DNA of 64,000 nucleotides from Nostoc sp. (GCA_036918135.1 JBALDB010000007.1:384001-448000); one strand, 5' to 3'; shown: positions 20,204 to 30,706, counted from the stretch's first letter. The notes: generated by a model not told the origin, from the letters alone. A program made the numbers and translations.

Positions 20204-21440
20204 TTCTTGTAATACTTTCTACTCAAAAAAGCAATACATTTATTTTTCCTTTTTGCCTGCTTCTATTAAAATGCTTTGCTGATTTAAGTATATCGGTGTG
20301 AATATTTATAATTGGGATGAGGCAGAAGGCAGTCCCGATGAAACAAGTTTCACCACCAAGCATGAAAAATGTATTTTCCCCTACACCCTTACACCCCTCT
20401 TTCAAGTCAGGAGGCAGCTATGCTTGAGGAAAAAGGGTTTAAGCCAATTTAATTTTTCTTAAGATAGTTTTGTTTTTTCATACCGTTCTATTTACATGAA
20501 TTGAGAGAAGTCTCTAGCAACGCATTGAGAAATTAAACACATCATTTGTTACTTTTATTACAGGTTGTGGTTTTATTCTAAATGCACTATTTTTATCAGA
20601 CTTTTTGGCAAACGGTATAATTTATAAAGCTCTTGCTAATATCGTGTTGGCTCCAAATTTTGTCTGTTAAAGTTATTTTTGCTGCTCTTATGCCTTCTGC
20701 TGATACTCTAAGTCTTTACCTGCTCGGACTAATTCATAACTATAACTCATCTATAATTAAAGTTAATTTAAAAATATTTATTAGTACATTTTTATATGTT
20801 TATTAATTCATTAACTGGTCTGTCCATCAATTACGAATTAGTTAGGGCTTTGCCTTCTTTAACTGATATGAGGAATTACTAATTATTCTGCTCGTAGTCT
20901 TAAAGTTAAACTTGTAGTATATTATATGCTTAAGAGGATAACTACATATAAATGCACGTTGATTAAATTTTCCCAGGTCTTCCTCAGCGAGTCATATCCC
21001 TTGGCTAAAGTACAGTTGGGTAGGTAATTTAGAATCTAGATTGGCTTATGGCTTAGTTTGTGAGCCTAGATAGAAACCTATTAATTAGGCAGTGTGTTCT
21101 TTGACGACAAAGTTATAGCGATCGCCATTGCCTCTGGTGTTTCATTTGAGCTATTTGTGGTGATGCAGATCGGCTCTAGTGGCTATTGTGTGTATTCGGT
21201 TTAGGATCATACCATAAAATTTAAAACTTCTACCAAAGTTCTACAATACTTATACAAGTTATAAGCATGACGATGACTGAAGTTTTGCTCAACCTCATGG
21301 AGATTTAATTGTAAACAAGTACTACAGTAGCGATCGCACTAAGCAAAAATCAGCGTGAATGTACTTTCAACACAAACACGTAAAGCAAAACTAGCACAAC
21401 AGTTAATTGCCCAACCAACAATAGGCAGCAAGGTAACATT

Positions 21441-22160
21441 ATGATTACAGTCCCCGATACTACTGCGAAAATTCTCATTGTCGATGACGACTTCGGCGTC
21501 CGAAATCTCGTCTATCGTTTTTTAAGTCGGAAATATCAAATAGAATCAGCAGCAGATGGTAAGACTGCTTTATCGTTGTTTGAGCAATTTAACCCAGCCC
21601 TAGTGATTTTGGATTGGAATTTACCAGATGTTAACGGCTATAGCCTCTGCCAAGAAATGCAGAGTCGTACTAATGTTTTAGTAATGATATTAACTAGTAG
21701 AACTGATGAAGCTGATAAAATTAAAATCTTATCCGCTGGCGCTGATGATTTCATGACTAAACCGTTTAGTCTTGCAGAAGTAGAAGTGAGAGTAGAAGCT
21801 CTTTTGAGGCGGATACGCTACATTAATCCCTCCCCTACACAACGTATCGTCTTCAAGCAGCTAGTAATTAACCCAGAAGGTCGGGAGGTAACACTTAATG
21901 ATAAACCTCTCACCTTAACAGCCTTAGAATTTAATATTTTACATTTTTTAGCAAGTCATCCGGGTCAGGCTTGGAGTCGTCCACAGCTAATCCAAAAAAT
22001 CTGGGGTTGTGAATACGTCGGAGATGGACGAGTGGTTGATGTGCATATTGGTCAGCTTCGTAAGAAGATGGAAATCGATGCCAGTGTACCAGAGTTTATT
22101 AAAACTGTACGCGGCTACGGCTACAAGTTTGAAGCCCCTGAGGAAAATACTAATTCATAA
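21441..22160 (+). CDS. OmpR-family response regulator (paralog of 23631-24350)
   Basis: ILIVDDD, ILDWNLP, MTKPF, VVDVHIGQLRKK, TVRGYGY. Confidence 0.95.
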   Translation: MITVPDTTAKILIVDDDFGVRNLVYRFLSRKYQIESAADGKTALSLFEQFNPALVILDWNLPDVNGYSLCQEMQSRTNVLVMILTSRTDEADKIKILSAGADDFMTKPFSLAEVEVRVEALLRRIRYINPSPTQRIVFKQLVINPEGREVTLNDKPLTLTALEFNILHFLASHPGQAWSRPQLIQKIWGCEYVGDGRVVDVHIGQLRKKMEIDASVPEFIKTVRGYGYKFEAPEENTNS

Positions 22161-22309
22161 ACATTGGGCATTATAAGTGCCCAGTGCTAGGTCAGGAGTT
22201 AAGAGTGCCCAGTGCTGAGTGAGGAATTAAGAGTTATTATTTTCCCCTCTGCCCTCTGCTCACTCCCCCCTCCCTGTATTTCTTGAAGTGTGTTTCCTGA
22301 AGGATAGAT

Positions 22310-22936
22310 TTAGCGTAGAAAGCTACTAACTAACCATAACAAAATAAAAGTTAGTGCTGTAGACAACTGATTCGATCCGATATTTATGAATGATATTTGT
22401 GGTAAGAGCCAGCTAGCAAGTAGGCCTCCAGCAATTAGGCCAATTATTAAACTGACCAGAGTGAATAAAACTGCTCTCCCAAACTTGCCTTCTTTGCGAT
22501 TGAGAAAGTAAATACCGATACTTACCCCAACCACTAATGCTAATTGTAAAACCCGATCGCCTCCCTCTGAGTAAAACAGACTAATAGCACTCAAACCAAG
22601 ATACCAAGCTCCTGGTAAGAGGATATCAGCAGGCGTTGGCTGGTCTATCATTCGTTGCAGCCATGCAGGTGAATGCTCGCGGGGGGTTTGAGTTTCTTTA
22701 GGGGGCGATTGTACTCGCAACTCTGGAAAGCGAATACGTTCAGGAACTTTAATTTTACCTTCCTGACGCATCCGTAAACGATCCATTAAAATCGCATCGT
22801 AAGCCGCTTCAATCACTTCTAGATGCTTGGCATCACCACTATGTTGCTCGAATAGATGATTACGAGCATCCTGAATTTCATCGAAGGAAGCCTCTTCTGA
22901 TACCCCAAGTTTTTCGTAGGGATTTTGATCGCTCAT
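22310..22936 (-). CDS. CPP1-like (J-like domain) membrane protein
   Basis: NPYEKLGVSEEASFDEIQ...IEAAYDAILMDRLRMRQEGKIKVPERIRFPE plus C-terminal TM helices. Confidence 0.88.
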   Translation of the reverse strand: MSDQNPYEKLGVSEEASFDEIQDARNHLFEQHSGDAKHLEVIEAAYDAILMDRLRMRQEGKIKVPERIRFPELRVQSPPKETQTPREHSPAWLQRMIDQPTPADILLPGAWYLGLSAISLFYSEGGDRVLQLALVVGVSIGIYFLNRKEGKFGRAVLFTLVSLIIGLIAGGLLASWLLPQISFINIGSNQLSTALTFILLWLVSSFLR

Positions 22937-23630
22937 GGGAGTTTATTACTTCAGCCTCAGTCAGCGGCAGTCTATTGTCGAAGGAAAAACAAATTTAGCT
23001 TTTGTTTAGATCGAAACTTAATGTTTCGACTTATGTTTATGGTCTATCAGGATAGTAGCACGAGTTAGTTTGACCGACTTTGAGATTTAGACTATAGTCA
23101 CTTTAACATATCGCCATAACTCCGTGTATACCCTCATGTCGTTGCCCAGTTCTGGCTCTAATCTAGAATTTGAACTAGATAGTACCTAAAACGCAGAGTT
23201 TTTATGAAAAAATTAACTTTACTGTTTCAAATTTGGCAACTTACTGTGCCCTAACAGAGTTTTTTAATTATACTGATGATCGCTTGTGGTGTAGAACCAC
23301 ATCTCGATTTAAAATTGAAACGTTTTAAGTTACCACCTAACTGGGATAAAAAGTATTCGAGTTTTACAAACCGCTGTGGCTAAAGTTTGAACGTCTTTAT
23401 GGTAAGCACATTGATAGTTACAAAACCTGCACACCATGCAGGGCTAGACTATGGTTTTCCAGAAGTTTCCCGTTCTCATCGCCGACAATCCTGATTCCAG
23501 TATTAATTATTTGAATAATCAAGATTTTCATGCCGTAGCTCTGTAGATTCTTTATAACTCCTAAAGTGGTAACTGTGTTTTTACGTAACCTTCTTGTTAA
23601 TCTTACGAATTTTTGTGCAAAGTGATGGTC

Positions 23631-24350
23631 ATGGCTCCCGCCAAGATTCTTGTTGTTGACGACGACCCTGCGGTTCGGAATTTAATTCAACGCTTCTTGA
23701 TGAAGCAGAACTATCAGGTGGAGGCTGCCGAAGATGGAAAGACAGCCTTAACTCTATTTGAGCAATTTAACCCTGATTTGGTGATTTTAGATGTGAATCT
23801 ACCAGATGTAATTGGGTTTAACCTCTGCCAAGAGATGCAAAGTCGTAATGGTGTTTTTGTTCTGATGCTGACTAGTCGTGCTGACGAAGCTGACAAAATT
23901 CGCGGTTTTTCTAAAGGTGCTGATGACTATCTCACTAAGCCTTTTGGTTTGGGAGAGCTAGAAGTCAGAGTAGGAGCGATTTTGAGACGCCAGCGAGTCA
24001 TAACTACTGCCGAACAGAAACGTTTGGTTTTTGAAAAACTGATGATCGATCCTGTGCGACGGGAGGTGGCACTTAATAACCAACCAGTACCCTTAACTGC
24101 TTTAGAATTTGACTTATTGCATTTTTTAGCCAGTCATCCAGGTCGAGTTTGGCGGCGTGCAGAATTAATTCAAGAGGTATGGGACTATGAATATGTCGGC
24201 GACCAGCGGGTTGTAGATGTACATATTGGTCAAATTCGCAAGAAAATTGAAATTGATGCGAGTCAGCCAGCGTTAATTCAAACTGTACGTGGTGTAGGGT
24301 ATAAGTTTGAATCTCCTGCTCACCCTCAACAGTTGGAAGCCAAGTCCTGA
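23631..24350 (+). CDS. OmpR-family response regulator
   Basis: ILVVDDD, ILDVNLP, LTKPF, VVDVHIGQIRKK, TVRGVGY; start may be 23625 or 23631. Confidence 0.95.
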   Translation: MAPAKILVVDDDPAVRNLIQRFLMKQNYQVEAAEDGKTALTLFEQFNPDLVILDVNLPDVIGFNLCQEMQSRNGVFVLMLTSRADEADKIRGFSKGADDYLTKPFGLGELEVRVGAILRRQRVITTAEQKRLVFEKLMIDPVRREVALNNQPVPLTALEFDLLHFLASHPGRVWRRAELIQEVWDYEYVGDQRVVDVHIGQIRKKIEIDASQPALIQTVRGVGYKFESPAHPQQLEAKS

Positions 24351-24489
24351 GTCTATAGTCTAGAATTTTTAACTCTTGACCAAAACAATTTTGGATTTCA
24401 AATTTTGGATAAAATTTATTTTGGTTTCAGAGCCATTAGGAGGAACTACTAAAGGTTTAGCAAACTTGAGCAAACTGGTATACCGTTCG

Positions 24490-24519
24490 GAGGGTAGCGC
24501 AGCTAACTGTGCTGCCCTC
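24490..24519 (+). repeat. 13-bp hairpin with two G-U pairs on + strand
   Basis: GAGGGTAGCGCAG-CTAA-CTGTGCTGCCCTC. Confidence 0.75.
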
Positions 24520-24707
24520 AGTGTATATTTAAACAATAAGGGTTACATAAGGCAACTCAAAGAAATAAATTATTCGGTTTGAAGTTGCTGAGTGATGATT
24601 GATGACTGTTGACCATTGATTGGGAACAGTGGGATATTTTTTTGTCAGTTTTTTGTCAGTCCCCAACAAGTAACTAATAGTCAGCTGCTAGTACTATTTT
24701 AGGTTTT

Positions 24708-24998
24708 GTGAAAAGTTGAGCCACTCGCTTGGTGTTAGCGTAGCTGTCTTCAACATAGCTAAAAGTGACGACTCGGCGGTTCGGGCCGTAAACGCGAAGT
24801 CGCTTGTCGTCAGACTTCTATTAGCGCGGATCTGTTGGACGTAGCGCAAAGTAAGATTGCATATCGTAGAAAGGCTTCCGACGCTCGAATGCAAGAGCGT
24901 CTTTGACAGTAGAAGACTCCGCTTAGCTGCGCTATCGGAGCGAAGCCCACTTGTTGGCTGTCGGGAGACTTTAGTCGAGTAGTGGCTCAATTTTGCAC
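24708..24998 (+). other. Multi-stem structured element closed by an 18-nt terminal inverted repeat (candidate ncRNA or nested-repeat MITE)
   Basis: GTGAAAAGTTGAGCCACT / AGTGGCTCAATTTTGCAC enclosing at least five helices. Confidence 0.6.
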
Positions 24999-25219
24999 TA
25001 GAAAAGCGCCGGCAACGCGCAGAACAGGCAGTTCCACACCACTTCGTTGAACTTTTAGAACTCCAAAGGCAAAGCAGCCGCTCGCTCTCAAAACCCATTA
25101 ATAGGGCACGGGTTTGTCGTACTCATATAAGACATGAGCCAGAATGACGCCCTTCATACCATTACCTATGGGCTGTCTAGTAAATTAGCTGTTGTTGCTG
25201 CAATCCAGGGTATTTTTAT

Positions 25220-25417
25220 TTAGGAATGGTGAAACAAAGTTTCTAGATAGACTCTAGCAGCACGGCGATCGCTCTCTCCATTTTGGAGTAAAAACAATGA
25301 TAGTGCCGCTGTCAATACTCTGTTTTCATCCCAATCAGGATGGGTTTCTAAGTAGTTTTTTAAGGATTCGTGAAGTGATTCGGGAATTTCTGTAAAAATA
25401 CTAACCGTTGCTTTCAT
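25220..25417 (-). CDS. DUF2811-family protein
   Basis: EIPESLHESLKNYLETHPDWDENRVLTAALSLFLLQNG. Confidence 0.85.
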   Translation of the reverse strand: MKATVSIFTEIPESLHESLKNYLETHPDWDENRVLTAALSLFLLQNGESDRRAARVYLETLFHHS

Positions 25418-25691
25418 GAGATTTTCCTCCTCTGAGGTCAATCAAGAGGGATAAGTTGCTTGCAGTGAAATAGTTTCGGGCTACCTCACACAATCTTTCG
25501 CTTGCCCGATAATCTACGCCGACAACTCAGGTAATTTTACACAGTTGATGTCAACAGTTGAATGGACTACAAAAGCAAGCCGCATCATTGTGCGCTAAGA
25601 AGGGGTAGGTTTGTCAATGCTGCGAAATGTTAAAAATGTTGGTATAAAAAAGAAATACGCACGAAATAATCAGACTTTTAAACCAATTTTT

Positions 25692-25709
25692 GTTACTTAA
25701 CTTTACAAA
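25692..25709 (+). promoter_or_regulatory. HLR1-like (RpaB-type) direct repeat
   Basis: GTTACTTA-AC-TTTACAAA, one mismatch to (G/T)TTACA(T/A)(T/A)-N2 repeat; AT-rich context makes chance matches possible. Confidence 0.35.
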
Positions 25710-25791
25710 AACTCAGTCCTCTAAGTTCTTAACTACTATTAACTGACAATCCCCAGTAGATAGCCACAAGCCCATTAGCTCGTAGAACACC

Positions 25792-25844
25792 TGTGGAAAA
25801 CTGCTAAAATCCCTGTGGAAACCCTGTGGAATTAGTGAGGAAAA
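25792..25844. promoter_or_regulatory. Cluster of four co-oriented DnaA-box-like 9-mers
   Basis: TGTGGAAAA 25792, TGTGGAAAC 25814, TGTGGAATT 25825, TGAGGAAAA 25836 (reverse complement of TTTTCCACA). Confidence 0.6.
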
Positions 25845-25881
25845 TTCCAGCTAATGATAAGAATTACAAAAATATCAGAAA

Positions 25882-27165
25882 ATGATGACATCTAAGCTGA
25901 TGAAATTAGCTTCCCAATCCCAGTTATCCTCGTGGTTGCCCTCGATACATCCCCAAGTATGGATTTTGGCGATTGGTAGATTTTTGTCGGAAGTTGGTAC
26001 CGGCTTTACCTTGTTTTACGCTCCTATCTTTTTTGTCAATGAAGTTGGTTTATCTGCAACCACCGTCGGCGTAGCCTTAGCTTGTGCCTCGATTTCCGGT
26101 ATTGTCGGACGGATTGTTGGTGGTTCTTTGGCTGATTCTAAGAACTGGGGACGCCGCCGCACTTTGTTGCTGGCAACGGCGATTTGTGCTATCGCTTCTT
26201 TAGTTTTCGCTGCAACCAATAATTTTACTATTTTGGTAATCGGTAACTTGATTAACGGCTTAGGAATAGGTTTCTATTGGCCGGCTGTGGAAGCTATTGT
26301 TGCTGACGCCAGCGAGATTGAGAATCGCCGTGAAACTTTTGCCATCAGTCGATTAGCAGATAATCTGGGGTTAGCGATCGGAATTACGCTGGCAGGGTTT
26401 TTAATAGCGATAATTGGGAGTTATCGCTGGCTATTTACGATTGATGCCATCTCTTTTCTAGTGTTTTTTGGCGTTATCTATGTAGGAGTTAGTGATACCA
26501 AGGCGCAGGAAATCGACCAAGAAAAAACACAATATTTTGCTTCTTGGATGGCAGTATTCAGAGATCGTCGTTTCCTCGTCTACATCGCAGCTAATATCTT
26601 CTTTACAATTTACATTTCCCAGATACACAGTATCCTGCCGCTTTACTTCAAAAACTTTGTCATCGAAAGTACCGACCGAGGATTTGCTGAAACTACTATT
26701 AGCAGACTATTTGCTTGGCATTTGGTGGTAGCTATTATCTGTCAGTTGCCTGTTACCAGCGCCTTAAAACGCTGCTCTCACACACTTGCGCTCACTATTT
26801 CTGGCATTCTTTGGGCAATTGGTTTTGGACTGATTTGGGTAAGCGGTACTGCCACATCTCATAATATAGTTTGGGCAGCATTTGCATTAGGAGTATTTGC
26901 TTTTGCAATTAGTTCTTATACGCCATCTGCTGCCTCTTTAGTTACTGAGTTAGCCCCAGAAAATCAACGCGGCGTTTATTTCTCGATTAACGCTTTGTGT
27001 TGGGCTATCGGCTATTCTATTGGTCATCCCTTGGGTGGATGGGCATTAGACCAACCGCGAATCATTGCCGATCGCTTTTGGTTATGCTTTTCTTTGAGCG
27101 TGGCGATCGCTGTGGTAATTTTACAGTACTTGAATCGAATTTTGGCTGATGAATCAGCCAAATAG
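25882..27165 (+). CDS. MFS transporter
   Basis: GGSLADSKNWGRRRTLL motif A; about 12 hydrophobic segments; ELAPENQRGVY. Confidence 0.92.
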   Translation: MMTSKLMKLASQSQLSSWLPSIHPQVWILAIGRFLSEVGTGFTLFYAPIFFVNEVGLSATTVGVALACASISGIVGRIVGGSLADSKNWGRRRTLLLATAICAIASLVFAATNNFTILVIGNLINGLGIGFYWPAVEAIVADASEIENRRETFAISRLADNLGLAIGITLAGFLIAIIGSYRWLFTIDAISFLVFFGVIYVGVSDTKAQEIDQEKTQYFASWMAVFRDRRFLVYIAANIFFTIYISQIHSILPLYFKNFVIESTDRGFAETTISRLFAWHLVVAIICQLPVTSALKRCSHTLALTISGILWAIGFGLIWVSGTATSHNIVWAAFALGVFAFAISSYTPSAASLVTELAPENQRGVYFSINALCWAIGYSIGHPLGGWALDQPRIIADRFWLCFSLSVAIAVVILQYLNRILADESAK

Positions 27166-27286
27166 TGTTATGCTCATACGTAGATATTTCTCAGGAGTTA
27201 AATCACAGTGATACGTTAATACAATAAACAGCTAAATCATTATCAGTCGCTGCGATCGGGCTAAAAGTTCGATAAATATTGATTTT

Positions 27287-28210
27287 TTGTTTGTTGTAAT
27301 TCTGTCAGGATTCACTGTGAATATTCCTTCTTCGTACCTCGAAAAAATTCGTGCTGTCTATCCCAAAATCTCTATTGACCACCTTGACTTTAATCAAGAT
27401 GGCATGGTTAATGATGTGGTAATTGTTAATCATCAGCTTGTATGTCGCTTCGCCAAAGACGACTGGGGAAAACAAGTGCTTTCTCATGAAGCTAAGGTGT
27501 TGGAAGTGGTGCGAAGATATGTTGAACTGCGGGTTCCATACTTTGAACACTTAGAAGAAGGCTTTGTTAGCTACAGATTTATTAAAGGTGAACCACTATC
27601 TCGTAATACCCTGCTCAAGCTTAGTGAAACTTCACAAGCCCGTATCATCTCCCAACTAGCCAAATTTCATCAACAATTGCACAGCATTCCAAATGAAATT
27701 TTAGTGAATGCTAGGGTGTCTTCTTCTAATGCAGCGCGTTCGTGTAAAGATTGGTTGCGATTGTATGAGCAAGTTCAAGAAACTCTTTTTCCTCATTTAT
27801 GGCGTCATCAGCAAACTTGGATACATGAACTTTTTGCGCCCGTGATTACAGGTGAACTTAATATGACCTACACACCCGTACTAATCGACGGCGATAAGGC
27901 AGTCTATCACATTCTGTTTAACCCCATATTAGAGAGTATCAGCGGTTTGATTGACTTTGGCACAGCTGGTTTGGGCGACCCGGCTTGCGATATTGCTGTG
28001 CAGCTGGGTAATTACGGAGAAAGTATTGTGCGGCGGATGGAAAGCGACTATGCCATGTTACCGAGTATCATCGACCGGGCGCGTTTCTGGGTGGGAACAC
28101 TTGAACTTCAGTGGGCTTTAGCCGGGATAAAATTTAACGATATCTCATTATCGTTGGCACATATTGGTTTGGCTAGAGAAGTTGAACCCGTAGGTACAAG
28201 GTTAAATTAA
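27287..28210 (+). CDS. Aminoglycoside-phosphotransferase-family protein (start possibly GTG 27317)
   Basis: VCRFAK, FHQQLH, LIDGD, GLIDFGTAGLGDPACD. Confidence 0.8.
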   Translation: MFVVILSGFTVNIPSSYLEKIRAVYPKISIDHLDFNQDGMVNDVVIVNHQLVCRFAKDDWGKQVLSHEAKVLEVVRRYVELRVPYFEHLEEGFVSYRFIKGEPLSRNTLLKLSETSQARIISQLAKFHQQLHSIPNEILVNARVSSSNAARSCKDWLRLYEQVQETLFPHLWRHQQTWIHELFAPVITGELNMTYTPVLIDGDKAVYHILFNPILESISGLIDFGTAGLGDPACDIAVQLGNYGESIVRRMESDYAMLPSIIDRARFWVGTLELQWALAGIKFNDISLSLAHIGLAREVEPVGTRLN

Positions 28211-28228
28211 TCCTCTTTCCTACACTGA

Positions 28229-28879
28229 CTATCGTCGGCGTTCTTGGAGCTTCCGATATACGGATTTTAAATCAACTTGATGATGAGCTAAGGCAACCAA
28301 AGTATGATATAGCAAATCTGCGACTTCACCAGCGATCGCTTCTGGTTCATCATCTTTAAAAGCCATTACCACCTCAGCACTTTCCTCACCAATCTTTTTT
28401 AAAATTTTATTGTCACCACCCGCTAATAATTTGCAGGTATAAGAACTTTCAATTGGATTATCGCGGCGATCGCATATTACTTCAAATAATTGTGACAACG
28501 TGTCCCCTGGTGGAGGAGCTATTTTTCCTTCTATTTGGTGAAAGCAACTTCGTTCTCCTGTATGGCAGGCAATATCTCCTACTTGCTCTACCCCAATTAG
28601 CAAGGCATCACTATCACAGTCATAACGGATACTCCGCACTTTTTGAATATGCCCAGAAGTCGCTCCCTTGTGCCACAACTCTTGCCGAGAACGACTCCAA
28701 AACCAAGTTTCTTCACTTTCCAAAGTCTTTTGTAACGACTCCTGATTCATCCACGCCATCATCAAGACAGTGCCATCAAGATAATCTTGAACAATTGCAG
28801 GCACTAAACCCCGTTCATCGTAGCGAATTTCCTTAACAGGGATGGCGTAATGTAGCGAATGCAAATCGTTAGAATACAT
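28229..28879 (-). CDS. hisIE: Phosphoribosyl-AMP cyclohydrolase / phosphoribosyl-ATP diphosphatase
   Basis: [43 protein letters not shown]. Confidence 0.97.
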   Translation of the reverse strand: MYSNDLHSLHYAIPVKEIRYDERGLVPAIVQDYLDGTVLMMAWMNQESLQKTLESEETWFWSRSRQELWHKGATSGHIQKVRSIRYDCDSDALLIGVEQVGDIACHTGERSCFHQIEGKIAPPPGDTLSQLFEVICDRRDNPIESSYTCKLLAGGDNKILKKIGEESAEVVMAFKDDEPEAIAGEVADLLYHTLVALAHHQVDLKSVYRKLQERRR

Positions 28880-28974
28880 ACCAGCTAATCTGCTCTAATG
28901 AGAATGATTCATGGATTCACGATATCATTCTAAATAGGGCAGCTGGTATGTTTTTTGAATTTAGTAATCTTAAT

Positions 28975-29169
28975 TTAGCTCTCAACAAGAGCAGTTCGTT
29001 CCATAGCAGACTGCATTTTAACAGCACTTCGCGCGACTTGGTGAGCTTTTGAAGCTTCGCCATACCAATGAATTGCCGAGTTAAAAGCTGCCCGGTAAAG
29101 ATCCTGGTATGCCTCAGATAATCGAGTCTGAATATCTAAAGGCAAGTCTTCATTAGACTTGTATAACAT
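28975..29169 (-). CDS. ChaB-family protein
   Basis: YKSNEDLP...QDLYRAAFNSA...AHQVARSAVK. Confidence 0.85.
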   Translation of the reverse strand: MLYKSNEDLPLDIQTRLSEAYQDLYRAAFNSAIHWYGEASKAHQVARSAVKMQSAMERTALVES

Positions 29170-29275
29170 ATTGTTATTTTCTTGGTTCCGCTAATTTTAT
29201 ACGATAGAAGTTCTAAGCAGCTTTTGACCCTATCCTAAGATAGAGCTTTTTATTGCCCACTGTTAGGAGAGAACC

Positions 29276-30574
29276 TTGGTAAATACCTCAATTAAAACAA
29301 CAAAATCACAAGAAGTCTTTGGCGCTGCTCAAAACCTGATGCCAGGAGGAGTCAGTTCTCCAGTTCGTGCTTTTAAATCTGTAGGCGGACAACCCATTGT
29401 TTTCGATCGCGTTAAAGATGCTTACATTTGGGATATAGATGGCAACCAATACATAGATTATGTAGGCACTTGGGGGCCAGCTATTTGCGGTCATGCTCAT
29501 CCGGAAGTGATTGCAGCGTTGCATGATGCCTTGGATAAAGGTACCAGTTTCGGCGCCCCTTCGGTACTAGAAAATGTCTTAGCAGAAATGGTGATCGATG
29601 CTGTTCCTAGCATCGAGATGGTAAGATTTGTTAACTCTGGAACTGAAGCCTGTATGGGAGTTTTGCGCGTAATGCGGGCTTATACTAACCGAGACAAAAT
29701 CATTAAGTTTGAAGGTTGCTACCACGGACACGCCGACACATTTTTAGTAAAGGCAGGTTCTGGTGTGGCCACACTTGGCTTACCAGACTCCCCAGGAGTA
29801 CCTAAATCAGCTACTAGTAACACTCTAACCGCACCATACAATGACCTAGAAGCCGTCAAAGCCTTGTTTGCAGAAAATAAGGATGAAATTGCTGGTGTCA
29901 TTCTTGAGCCAGTAGTCGGTAATGCTGGGTTTATTGCCCCTGATGCTGGTTTCCTCGAAGGATTACGCGAACTTACTCACGAGCATGGGGCGTTATTGGT
30001 GTTTGACGAAGTGATGACGGGCTTCCGTATTGGTTATGGTGGCGCCCAGGAAAAGTTTGGCATAACTCCTGATTTAACAACCTTAGGCAAGGTGATTGGC
30101 GGCGGTTTGCCAGTAGGAGCCTATGGCGGTCGTCGGGATATTATGTCAATGGTTGCCCCTGCTGGCCCCGTCTATCAAGCTGGGACTCTTTCAGGTAATC
30201 CCTTAGCGATGACTGCTGGTATTAAAACTTTGGAATTGCTGCAAAAGCCCGGTACTTACGAATATCTTGACCGAATTACTAAGAAGTTAGCAGATGGTTT
30301 GCTACAAGTAGCCAAAGAAACTGGTCATGCAGCTTGTGGTGGTCAAATCAGCGCTATGTTCGGGCTATTCTTTACATCTGGCCCTGTTCACAACTACGAA
30401 GATGCGAAAAAGTCTGATACAGTCAAATTCGGACGCTTCCATCGCGGTATGTTGGAGCGTGGTATTTACTTAGCACCTTCTCAATTTGAAGCTGGGTTTA
30501 CATCTTTGGCTCACACCGAAGAAGATATCGATCAAACTTTAGCAGCTGCACGAGATGTAATGTCTAATTTATGA
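29276..30574 (+). CDS. hemL: Glutamate-1-semialdehyde 2,1-aminomutase
   Basis: [44 protein letters not shown]. Confidence 0.98.
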   Translation: MVNTSIKTTKSQEVFGAAQNLMPGGVSSPVRAFKSVGGQPIVFDRVKDAYIWDIDGNQYIDYVGTWGPAICGHAHPEVIAALHDALDKGTSFGAPSVLENVLAEMVIDAVPSIEMVRFVNSGTEACMGVLRVMRAYTNRDKIIKFEGCYHGHADTFLVKAGSGVATLGLPDSPGVPKSATSNTLTAPYNDLEAVKALFAENKDEIAGVILEPVVGNAGFIAPDAGFLEGLRELTHEHGALLVFDEVMTGFRIGYGGAQEKFGITPDLTTLGKVIGGGLPVGAYGGRRDIMSMVAPAGPVYQAGTLSGNPLAMTAGIKTLELLQKPGTYEYLDRITKKLADGLLQVAKETGHAACGGQISAMFGLFFTSGPVHNYEDAKKSDTVKFGRFHRGMLERGIYLAPSQFEAGFTSLAHTEEDIDQTLAAARDVMSNL

Positions 30575-30657
30575 CAAAAAAAGTGCTAAGTCTTGAGTCA
30601 AGATAGCAGCTTTAAGCTCGTCCCACTCCTAAAAAGGATGGGATTTGATATTAAGTG

Positions 30658-30689
30658 TTAACGGTTGACGGTTTACAGTCAACCGTTAA
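30658..30689. terminator. 12-bp perfect inverted repeat between convergent hemL and fasciclin genes
   Basis: TTAACGGTTGAC-N8-GTCAACCGTTAA. Confidence 0.6.
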
Positions 30690-30706
30690 TAGTTATCTAT
30701 CGAAAA

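Noticed and set aside
19958..20301. 72-aa and 68-aa ORFs in the first structured element
   Set aside because: No RBS or domain, and the homology to the second element does not preserve a reading frame.
24708..24998. Identification as tmRNA, RNase P RNA, 6S, group I/II intron, HEARO or retron RNA
   Set aside because: None of the hallmark motifs I know for these RNAs was recognisable and no RT or IscB gene is nearby; an Rfam scan is still needed.
19917..24998. Composite transposon carrying the two regulators
   Set aside because: Copies are too diverged, encode no transposase and show no target duplication; the enclosed genes look like core cyanobacterial genes.
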